Positions 56,921 to 64,000 of a DNA stretch of 64,000 nucleotides are shown in pieces (within the stretch, counting starts at the first letter, position 1; each line of letters starts with the position of its first letter). The position numbers were made by a program, and so were the translations under genes. Location of the stretch: NCBI GenBank assembly GCA_035560715.1, contig DATMYW010000034.1, forward strand, positions 16,439 through 80,438, in the 5' to 3' direction. The DNA comes from Candidatus Fimivivens sp. (lineage in GTDB: Bacteria; Patescibacteriota; Minisyncoccia; Moranbacterales; UBA1568). The notes below the pieces were generated by a model, which saw only the letters and a program-made list of their open reading frames with translations, did no database searches and had not been told where the DNA came from.

Positions 56921-58705
56921 ATGACCTCAGCCTCTGAAAACGGTCTCGATGCAATTCGCAATACCGTGAGAGAACTTGCCTCCTCTGACCGTAGACGTCA
57001 TGCTATTCCCGAATCGAATATCCGGGCCGTGAGTATTTTCCTCGATTCGCTCGGTGCCGCGAGCGCCCGTTTTGCCTGCGTCAGGTACGAGAACGGCGAC
57101 GATATCGTCACGAACGGATTGATTTGCGATCAAGAACCGCTTGGTGAAGGTGAGTATTCTTACTCGTTCGTCCCACTGGGATTCATAGTCAGCGGAAACA
57201 TCACCGTCATCAAGGACGGAAAGGGCATGAAAAATCTCGGTGAAGGAGATTTTTTGGGACTGTTTGAGACGAGCGATTGGATACAGACCGGTCAGAAAAG
57301 GCAGATCGGCGACTGGTCTCTGGTCGCATCCGGCGAAGCGATGGTTTTCTATTTCGGTCCTTCCCTGCTTACCGATGAATCCGAGGCGGCCTCCGAATTC
57401 CGGACACATCTCGTCAGCCTCGCGCGCGAAGATCACGTCCCACAGCCGATCACGACGCTCCCTTTGCTTGATTGGGTCGCGAGTCATACGATGAAGGTTC
57501 GTCCCCGGGACTGCGCCATCATCGCACACACCCATCTCCTTCCGAATAACCTGCCGCTGTTCAGACATCTTTCTTCGTTGGTCGATTTCGGAAGGATCTA
57601 CGTCATGGATAAGCCGTATTCGACGGTCCGATCGGCGCTCAACGATCTTGTCTTGGCGGGATTCGAGGTTATCCCGGTCCGGATGGAAGCTGATCTGCCG
57701 TATGAATTCGCGGTTTCCAAGAGTCTCGATGTCCTCTGGAACAAGGTGATCGACGATCAGAAGCGGCGGCAGTACCGGAAGATTCTCATCATCGACGACG
57801 GCGGGGACGTATGGCAGTCCGTTCCGTGGGACGACCTTTCCGGCGTATCTATTGCCGCAGTCGAACAGACACAACGAGGCATCGCCCGTGCGGAGCGAAC
57901 GGGGAAACGGTTTCCTCCTATCGTCAGTGTCGCATCATCGGGCATCAAGAAGAACGTGGAGTCCGAGTTCATCGGCGTTTCCGTCGTGAAGAAGCTCGAC
58001 GATCTCGGAATCCTCACGTCATCGGGACGTGTCGGCATCATCGGCATGGGCAGTATCGGTTCGGCAGTTGAGAAATCGTTGCTGGAGAGGGGAATCGACC
58101 CGCTCTTCTATGATCCGGTCTATCATGTGATGCCGGTTGATTCTCCTCGAAGACGCGATTCTCTGGACGTGCTTCTTGAGGAATGTGATCTCATCGTCGG
58201 AACGACGGGAACGGACGCACTGAAGGGCCTCCCGTTTGAACGGGTCACGACCGGCAAGAAGACGCTCGCGAGCGCGTCGTCTGCCGATCTCGAATTTTCC
58301 TCACTGCTCAAATTGGCGCCGCATCGGTCGGAGCCGTTCGAGACGGTATCGATACCGGTGCATGAGCGCCTGACGATCGATATCCTGAACGGCGGATATC
58401 CCATCAACTTTGATCGGCAGAAGGACGCGACCCCGGACGACGATATCGTATTGACGCGGTGTCTCATGTATGTCGGCGCCATGCAGGCACTCGAACTCAT
58501 TGGCGGTGACGCACCCGACCGGGCCGTCTTCAATCTCGATCCCGTTTCACAAAAGTATTTGCTGTCCCGGTGGATTGACGAGAAGAACACCTCCGGACGC
58601 ACGCCCCGTTTCTCCCGGGCGGATGTCGACGAAATCGTCAACGCTTCATCCTTCGTCGGTGGGAAGGAAATGAAGACCATCTGGATGGACCAATTGAACG
58701 GATAG
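56921..58705 (+). CDS. Two-domain protein: an N-terminal cNMP-binding-like beta-barrel fused to an S-adenosyl-L-homocysteine hydrolase-like domain
   Basis: The N-terminus has GEGDFLGLFE....AMVFYF (CAP/cNMP-like). The C-terminus has IIDDGGDV, LSGVSIAAVEQTQRGIA (compare EETTTGV), IGMGSIGSAV (GxGxxG) and LIVGTTGTD...ASASSADLEF (compare CNIGHFDxEID). Confidence 0.65.
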   Translation: MTSASENGLDAIRNTVRELASSDRRRHAIPESNIRAVSIFLDSLGAASARFACVRYENGDDIVTNGLICDQEPLGEGEYSYSFVPLGFIVSGNITVIKDGKGMKNLGEGDFLGLFETSDWIQTGQKRQIGDWSLVASGEAMVFYFGPSLLTDESEAASEFRTHLVSLAREDHVPQPITTLPLLDWVASHTMKVRPRDCAIIAHTHLLPNNLPLFRHLSSLVDFGRIYVMDKPYSTVRSALNDLVLAGFEVIPVRMEADLPYEFAVSKSLDVLWNKVIDDQKRRQYRKILIIDDGGDVWQSVPWDDLSGVSIAAVEQTQRGIARAERTGKRFPPIVSVASSGIKKNVESEFIGVSVVKKLDDLGILTSSGRVGIIGMGSIGSAVEKSLLERGIDPLFYDPVYHVMPVDSPRRRDSLDVLLEECDLIVGTTGTDALKGLPFERVTTGKKTLASASSADLEFSSLLKLAPHRSEPFETVSIPVHERLTIDILNGGYPINFDRQKDATPDDDIVLTRCLMYVGAMQALELIGGDAPDRAVFNLDPVSQKYLLSRWIDEKNTSGRTPRFSRADVDEIVNASSFVGGKEMKTIWMDQLNG

Positions 58706-58708
58706 TAT

Positions 58709-59002
58709 ATGACTGATACGAAGTACATTCTCGTCTTCGCGTTCATACTGATCAATGTCGCATCTTTCTTGATCATGCTGTTCGATAAAAGTCGGTCGCG
58801 TTCAGACGGGGCAGAGCGCATATCCGAGGGGATGCTGTTTTTCCTGGCAGCCGCATTCGGCAGTTTCGGCGTGTATGCGGGCATGTTCGCCTTCCGTCAC
58901 AAGACCAGGAAATGGCACTTCCTGATCGGTATTCCGCTCCTCATGTTTGAGAATATCGCGACGCTCTATGCCGCGTATATGATTGTGTCCGCCGTACTTT
59001 GA
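58709..59002 (+). CDS. DUF1294-family small membrane protein
   Basis: 97 aa, with MLFDKSRSR....FRHKTRKW and two TM helices. It lies 4 nt after the upstream stop. Confidence 0.6.
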   Translation: MTDTKYILVFAFILINVASFLIMLFDKSRSRSDGAERISEGMLFFLAAAFGSFGVYAGMFAFRHKTRKWHFLIGIPLLMFENIATLYAAYMIVSAVL

Positions 59003-59098
59003 CGGTATAAGCAACACTATTTTGCGGTTGTCGGGTTTCTTGTTCCTTGTCATCTTACGCATTTTCCTGCTACGCTTTGCCTACGATATCATCAGACT

Positions 59099-59650
59099 AT
59101 GAACGAACGAAAGCTCTTCTTGGGCATCCCGCTGTCACCGAAATCGAAGACGCGGATCGTGCAGTCGGTCGCCAAATGGGGCGATCTGCCGGTCTTCGCG
59201 GAGCGTCCCGAGAACCTTCACGTGACGGTGCTGTTTCTCGGGTTCGTGACCGACGAGCACGCGGTGTGGATCGCCGAAATCGCCGCGGATATCTGTTCGG
59301 AGCATGAACCGTTCGATCTGACATTCCGTACGGCGGTCACGGTTCCCGATGTCGGACCCGTGAAGATAATTCACCTCGTCGGGGACGAGAGCGAACCGCT
59401 TCTACGGCTTCAGAATGCGCTTGAGTGCGAACTGCTCGGCAAAAAGGCCGAGGGGAAATGCTTCCGTCCGCACGTGACGCTCGCACGGGTCAAGCGGCAC
59501 GAGTTCGCGTCCCTGTCGCCGGATCGCCTCCCGATATTCCCGCAGGACATTTCCATATCCGAACCGGTCATGTCGGTCGTACTTTATGAAAGCATCGGGA
59601 ACGGGGCGAAGAAACAGTACCTGCAGATGGACGAGTTTCCGCTCGGATAG
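59099..59650 (+). CDS. thpR: RNA 2',3'-cyclic phosphodiesterase (2H phosphoesterase, LigT/ThpR)
   Basis: Two H-x-T-x motifs, HVTVLF and HVTLAR, spaced as in LigT. Confidence 0.8.
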   Translation: MNERKLFLGIPLSPKSKTRIVQSVAKWGDLPVFAERPENLHVTVLFLGFVTDEHAVWIAEIAADICSEHEPFDLTFRTAVTVPDVGPVKIIHLVGDESEPLLRLQNALECELLGKKAEGKCFRPHVTLARVKRHEFASLSPDRLPIFPQDISISEPVMSVVLYESIGNGAKKQYLQMDEFPLG

Positions 59651-59736
59651 GATCAACAATCAGTAAACGGGTATCGGGAACGGGACGCGAAACAGCATCG
59701 GAAATCTTCATCCCGACAACCATCATAAGCGAGGCT

Positions 59737-60474
59737 ATGAGTGAAAGATGTCATGATGAGATACTCGGCATCCCCTTCGATACGCGGTCACAGGGAGAAT
59801 TGGAACGTATCATCGCCGGGTATCTTTGCGGCACAACGTTTCGACGTATCGCGACGGTGAACCCGGAGTTCCTTGTCCTGGCAAAAAACGATCCCGATTT
59901 CGCGAGGTGTCTCATGAGCGCCGACATTCGTATCGTCGATGGATCAGGGATCGTTCTGGTCGGGCTGCTGTCGGGTTTTGGCGTCTCCCGCTATCCCGGG
60001 GCGGACCTCATGACATTCCTCCTTTCGATAGCCGAACGGGAAGAAGTTCCCGTGTATCTGGCGGTGAACCGGGACGGACTTTCGTCATATGTCGACGTCC
60101 ATGATTCGTTGCGAAGGATATTTCCAAACCTGATTCTTTCCGGGTGTGATCTGCTCGGAACGGAGGCAGCGATTCCCGACGATATCCGCGAGGCGGGTCT
60201 GGTCCTGTGCAACTTCGGCGCGCCACGACAGGAATATTTCCTTGAGTCCCTTCGGCATACGCCAGGTTCAATCCGTCTCGCGATGGGCGTCGGCGGTTCA
60301 TTCGATTTCCTTACCGGCAAGCGGAGTCGGGCACCCCGATTGATACGCGCCATGGGCCTCGAATGGCTTTTCAGGCTCGTCACACAACCGAAGAGGTTCG
60401 TGAGGATTTGGAACGCGGTCGTCATTTTCCCTTTTTTGTGCCTATCTGATAGGATGAGAGGCGGGAAACAGTGA
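59737..60474 (+). CDS. WecB/TagA/CpsF-family glycosyltransferase (GT26, UDP-ManNAc-type transferase)
   Basis: The family blocks IATVNPEF and CNFGAPRQEYF...GVGGSFDF are present. Confidence 0.8.
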   Translation: MSERCHDEILGIPFDTRSQGELERIIAGYLCGTTFRRIATVNPEFLVLAKNDPDFARCLMSADIRIVDGSGIVLVGLLSGFGVSRYPGADLMTFLLSIAEREEVPVYLAVNRDGLSSYVDVHDSLRRIFPNLILSGCDLLGTEAAIPDDIREAGLVLCNFGAPRQEYFLESLRHTPGSIRLAMGVGGSFDFLTGKRSRAPRLIRAMGLEWLFRLVTQPKRFVRIWNAVVIFPFLCLSDRMRGGKQ

Positions 60475-60583
60475 ACAAATAGCAGATAACATAAGGCGGG
60501 ACGAATCATAAATCACAAGGCCTATAGTATTTTTAGTAAGATATTGTAGACCCTTGATGTCATTGATACCTGTTCCATGGTAA

Positions 60584-60630
60584 CTGTTTACTGTCGGCTG
60601 TTCTCCGTTTACTGTTTACTGTTTATTGCT
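60584..60630 (+). repeat. Four copies of the heptamer TGTTTAC (three in tandem) immediately upstream of the gltX start codon
   Basis: cTGTTTACtgtcggctgttctccgTTTACTGTTTACTGTTTATTgct ends 4 nt before the ATG at 60633. Confidence 0.4.
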
Positions 60631-60632
60631 CT

Positions 60633-62174
60633 ATGACTTCTCCCATACGTGTCAGATTCGCGCCGTCTCCGACGGGATATCTTCACGTCGGCGGTCTCCG
60701 GACCGCGCTCTACAACTACCTCTTCGCAATGAAGCATCAAGGTGCTTTCATACTCCGCATCGAGGACACCGATCGCGGCCGGTTCGTTGACGGGGCGCTC
60801 GAAAGTCTGGTACGAAGCCTTGAAGGCATCGGACTCGTCCCGACCGAAGGCGTCATGATTTTGGGAGATCGGCATATTTCGGAACGGGTGGTTTCGCGTC
60901 ACTCCGACGCATACCCAGGCGTGTCAGAAGTCGGTTCGCACGGACCATATATACAGTCCGAGCGACTCCATATTTATTCCGAATACGCGGAAAAGCTCAT
61001 CGCATCCGGTCACGCCTACCGGTGTTTCTGTTCACGCGAGCGACTCGACCTGCTGCGTGAAAGACAGACCGCGGATCACGAGGCTCCGAAATACGACAAA
61101 CTCTGTGCATCACTTTCGTCCGAAGAGGTAGCGGATCGGATTGCCGCAGGCGAACCGTCGGTCGTGCGGCTGAACGTTCCGAAAGATCGCGGCGATATCG
61201 TTTTCCACGACTTGGTGCGTGGCGACGTATGCATTCATGCGAACAACGTGGACGACCAGATTCTCGTCAAAACGGACGGCTACCCGACCTATCATCTTGC
61301 CAGCGTGGTCGACGACCATCTCATGGAAGTGACGCATGTCATACGCGGGGAAGAATGGCTCCCAAGCACCCCGAAGCACGTCCTTCTCTACGAAGCCTTC
61401 GGATGGGAGCCACCGATATTCGCCCACCTGACACTTCTCCTGAATCCTGACAAATCCAAACTTTCCAAACGACAGGGCGATGTCGCGGTCGAGGATTATC
61501 TTGCCAAAGGATATCTTCCAGAGGCGCTCATCAACTTCGTGGCATTTCTCGGATGGAATCCGGGGCAGGGGAGCACGAAGGAAGTATTCTCGCTTTCCGA
61601 ACTCGCCGAGGCGTTCGACTTCGCCCAGGTCAACAGGGCCGGCGCCGTATTCGACACGCGCAAGCTCGACTGGCTGAACGCCCAATACATAAAAGCGATG
61701 ACGGTCGAAGAACTCACCCGGAAGGCGCTCCCGTTCCTTCGAAAAAAGACGTACTTCATATCGGCACCGGATGAACGGAAAACCGATGACTACCTCCATC
61801 GCGTCGTTACGATCGGACAGGAAAGACTGATCATCCTCTCCGCGATCGGCGATGAGCACGCGTTTCTCTTTGCGGAGCCGGACGTCGATCCGTCACTGCT
61901 TCCGTGGAAGGGGAATACCGTCGACGATACTCGAGACGCGCTTGAACGGGCACAGAAACTGCTTGCCGATGTATCGGATTCGGACTGGACCCGCGAACGA
62001 CTCGGCGAAATTCTTCTGGAAGCCGCAGGCGAGAAACGGGGCGATTTTCTGTGGCCTCTCCGGGTCGCGCTTTCGGGAGCAAAGCAGTCTCCGCCTCCCC
62101 AGGATATCGCTTGGGTCATCGGGAAGGTATCGACCCTTTCGCGTGTGGCTTCCGCGATGGCAATCCTGTCATAG
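60633..62174 (+). CDS. gltX: Glutamyl-tRNA synthetase
   Basis: PSPTGYLHVGG (HIGH-type), KLSKRQG (KMSKS-type), and a full-length class I catalytic and anticodon-binding architecture. Confidence 0.9.
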   Translation: MTSPIRVRFAPSPTGYLHVGGLRTALYNYLFAMKHQGAFILRIEDTDRGRFVDGALESLVRSLEGIGLVPTEGVMILGDRHISERVVSRHSDAYPGVSEVGSHGPYIQSERLHIYSEYAEKLIASGHAYRCFCSRERLDLLRERQTADHEAPKYDKLCASLSSEEVADRIAAGEPSVVRLNVPKDRGDIVFHDLVRGDVCIHANNVDDQILVKTDGYPTYHLASVVDDHLMEVTHVIRGEEWLPSTPKHVLLYEAFGWEPPIFAHLTLLLNPDKSKLSKRQGDVAVEDYLAKGYLPEALINFVAFLGWNPGQGSTKEVFSLSELAEAFDFAQVNRAGAVFDTRKLDWLNAQYIKAMTVEELTRKALPFLRKKTYFISAPDERKTDDYLHRVVTIGQERLIILSAIGDEHAFLFAEPDVDPSLLPWKGNTVDDTRDALERAQKLLADVSDSDWTRERLGEILLEAAGEKRGDFLWPLRVALSGAKQSPPPQDIAWVIGKVSTLSRVASAMAILS

Positions 62175-62181
62175 TTACGCC

Positions 62182-62787
62182 ATGAAAGAGATCATCTTTG
62201 ATTTCGACGGGGTTATCCATGACACGTTCTGCTTTCATTTGGAACATTTGCGGACGTTTTTCGGTGTGACCCTGACGGCTCGGGAGTTACGCGACATGTC
62301 CAATGGAAATATTTTCGAATCCCTCCCAGAACAATTGAAAGACGCCGATTGGGGAGCATATGCTGACCATATCGGCATGAGTTTCTCGTTATTGCCATTA
62401 CGGGCTGAGATCAGGGATACGATTGAAGCGCTCGCGGCCGATTACTCCCTGCATATCATAACATCGGCAAGCGGTAAGGTTGTCGAAGATTTTCTTGTCG
62501 GTAACGGCGTCCGTAAACGGTTCGGCGATGTACTCGGCTGGGAACATGACCGATCGAAGAGCGTGAAATTCGATTCGATTTTCGAAAAATATGACGCGGA
62601 TCCATCAGGCTGCGTCTTTGTCACGGACACGCTCGGTGATATCCTTGAGGCAAGAGAGGTCGGTGTGAGAACGATCGCCATCGATACCGGATTCCACGAT
62701 CGAGAAACGCTTCTTAAAGGAAAACCTCATGCGATCATCTCCAACCTGGAAGAACTTCATCGGGTGATCGAATCGCTTGACGAATAA
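62182..62787 (+). CDS. HAD-superfamily phosphatase
   Basis: The FDFDGVIHDT motif I (DxDG) and later HAD motifs. The start is taken at MKEIIF, Met111 of the track ORF, 8 nt after the gltX stop. Confidence 0.75.
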   Translation: MKEIIFDFDGVIHDTFCFHLEHLRTFFGVTLTARELRDMSNGNIFESLPEQLKDADWGAYADHIGMSFSLLPLRAEIRDTIEALAADYSLHIITSASGKVVEDFLVGNGVRKRFGDVLGWEHDRSKSVKFDSIFEKYDADPSGCVFVTDTLGDILEAREVGVRTIAIDTGFHDRETLLKGKPHAIISNLEELHRVIESLDE

Positions 62788-62805
62788 CGTACTGATACCG
62801 AGACC

Positions 62806-63414
62806 ATGGAACGGATAGACGACGTACTTGATTTTCTCCGGAAAGCGGAAGGACTGAAGTCCGCGCTTCGGTATGGAAAAACGACGAGCGGCCGGCAGGA
62901 GTCGGCAGCCGAACATTCATGGCGGGTGGCGTTGATGTCATTCATCGTGGCCGAGCAGCTGAGTATCGATATCGACATCCGTCGAGCGATTCGGATGGCG
63001 CTTATCCATGACATTGCCGAGTCCTTGACCGGAGACATCGATTTCGTCCGCATTTCGGACGGCGAGGCGACGAAAGAGGGGAAGCACGATGCGGAGAAAA
63101 AAGCGATATCCGAACTGGGAAAGACCCTTTCCGGGAAGTCGGGCGATGATCTGTGCTCAGTCTGGAATGAATACGAGGCGGGTCAGACGGAAATCGCGCG
63201 TTACGTGAGAGCCATCGATAAACTCGAGACACTGACGCAGCTTGTCGAAAGCGGCTACGAGACCTATGATCGGCCGGAACTGATCCCGAATTACGCCGAT
63301 GCCGCCGTAAAAGCCTTCCCACAGCTGTCGCCCATGCTTGTATCCATCAAGACCAGGCTCCGAGCCGAGTTCGATAAGGCAGGATTTAAATGGATCGAAA
63401 CATACGACCTATGA
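62806..63414 (+). CDS. HD-domain phosphohydrolase (YfbR-like 5'-deoxynucleotidase family)
   Basis: ESAAEHSWRVA....HDIAESLTGDI, the H..HD...D metal-binding pattern. Confidence 0.75.
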   Translation: MERIDDVLDFLRKAEGLKSALRYGKTTSGRQESAAEHSWRVALMSFIVAEQLSIDIDIRRAIRMALIHDIAESLTGDIDFVRISDGEATKEGKHDAEKKAISELGKTLSGKSGDDLCSVWNEYEAGQTEIARYVRAIDKLETLTQLVESGYETYDRPELIPNYADAAVKAFPQLSPMLVSIKTRLRAEFDKAGFKWIETYDL

Positions 63415-63794
63415 AGTCGAAACGCGTCCGGAGCAGCATGGAACTGATCGACTTCTGGTCGATTCCACACTTTCTTTTCGGTTCCGTAACGGCCCTCATC
63501 GCCTCCGTTTTCGCGTTGCCTTCGGTAACAATGTTCATATCGACCTTCGTACTCGCTGTTTTCTGGGAGCTGTTCGAGTTCCGGAGTCACATCATCGAGA
63601 GCATGCGGAACAGGGTGACGGATATCCTGTATCCGCTTATCGCGTTTCCGATGACCTATATTTTCGCACAGAACGCCGTGAACGATCACCACCGTCGCAT
63701 ATCGCTCCTTGCCATCGTTTCTATCATCTTTTTCTACATCAACTATATGGCCTGGAAAGCGCGTTTCGAGCACGATGGTGACTTCGCGAACTAG
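63411..63794 (+). CDS. Small membrane protein with about 4 TM segments; hypothetical
   Basis: Hydrophobic segments. The ATG overlaps the upstream stop (ATGA). Confidence 0.45.
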   Translation: MKSKRVRSSMELIDFWSIPHFLFGSVTALIASVFALPSVTMFISTFVLAVFWELFEFRSHIIESMRNRVTDILYPLIAFPMTYIFAQNAVNDHHRRISLLAIVSIIFFYINYMAWKARFEHDGDFAN

Positions 63795-63851
63795 GTTATC
63801 TTTTCATATCGGGACCTTATTTTTGAGGCATTTTCGTGGTATACTGCATCC

Positions 63852-64000
63852 ATGAAGTCACGATTACGAAAATCCGATCTCTTCGCTGTTTTTGTGACCG
63901 GAATATCGCTCTCGGGCATGTTCATCGTGTCCGTCGCGAACGGAAGTGACAGCATATCGACCTTGGAACAGCAACAGGCCGATGCGGCACAGGCACGCAA
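63852..64000 (+). CDS. Partial CDS, N-terminus only: a protein with a signal-anchor followed by a Gln/Ala-rich coiled-coil-like segment
   Basis: MKSRLRKSDLFAVFVTGISLSGMFIVSVANGSDSISTLEQQQADAAQAR is open to the window end. It is not in the ORF track because no stop lies inside the window. Confidence 0.35.
   Translation, partial: MKSRLRKSDLFAVFVTGISLSGMFIVSVANGSDSISTLEQQQADAAQAR

Noticed and set aside
61852-62181. The 110-aa N-terminal extension of the HAD phosphatase ORF overlapping the gltX 3' end.
   Set aside because: It lies entirely within the gltX coding region in another frame. The HAD motif I, FDFDGV, is expected within the first 10 residues, as it is when starting at 62182.
1-64000. 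CRISPR arrays, tRNA or rRNA genes, and IS or transposon ends.
   Set aside because: No direct repeats with regular spacers were seen. No GTTCRANYC T-loop boxes or cloverleaf candidates were found in the short intergenic regions. No transposase, integrase or recombinase-like ORFs were found, and no terminal inverted repeats flank any segment. The absence of tRNAs is only as reliable as visual inspection allows.

Overview
This 64 kb window is from a high-GC (about 58%) bacterial chromosome. It is gene-dense, with about 70 CDS, and has no rRNA, tRNA, CRISPR or transposase/integrase genes that I could detect. Long antisense ORFs in the track are artefacts of the stop-poor GC-rich sequence. About two thirds of the window is one cell-envelope glycan locus. 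It contains three GT2 polyprenyl-phosphate sugar synthases, Ugd and a second NDP-sugar dehydrogenase, six GT4 and one more GT2 glycosyltransferases, a GT26 WecB/TagA enzyme, a Wzx flippase, two O-antigen ligase/polymerase-like proteins, an LCP ligase and eight large GT-C-like integral membrane proteins. Five of the eight are paralogues of one family sharing an RxYRFxDWLxFxxDQSRD motif, and four of those sit in a single five-gene operon. Housekeeping genes are interspersed: trpB, def-fmt-priA, gltX, groES, rtcB, thpR, tmk, ctpA-like, a NUDIX hydrolase, an HD hydrolase and a HAD phosphatase. The strongest finding is a textbook ribosome-mediated transcription attenuator upstream of a stand-alone trpB. 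It has a consensus promoter, a 13-codon leader peptide with tandem Trp codons, and mutually exclusive antiterminator and terminator hairpins built from a duplicated 10-mer. Other notable items are a PriA homologue with degenerate Walker A/B helicase motifs, a cNMP-binding-like domain fused to an S-adenosylhomocysteine-hydrolase-like domain with substituted catalytic motifs, and an operon of MBL-fold hydrolase, acidic orphan and RtcB. There is also a secreted protein built from tandem YRF..GDHFYT repeats, and a lower-GC orphan gene flanked by its own promoter and terminator. All coordinates for internal starts were derived by counting residues from the ORF-track starts.
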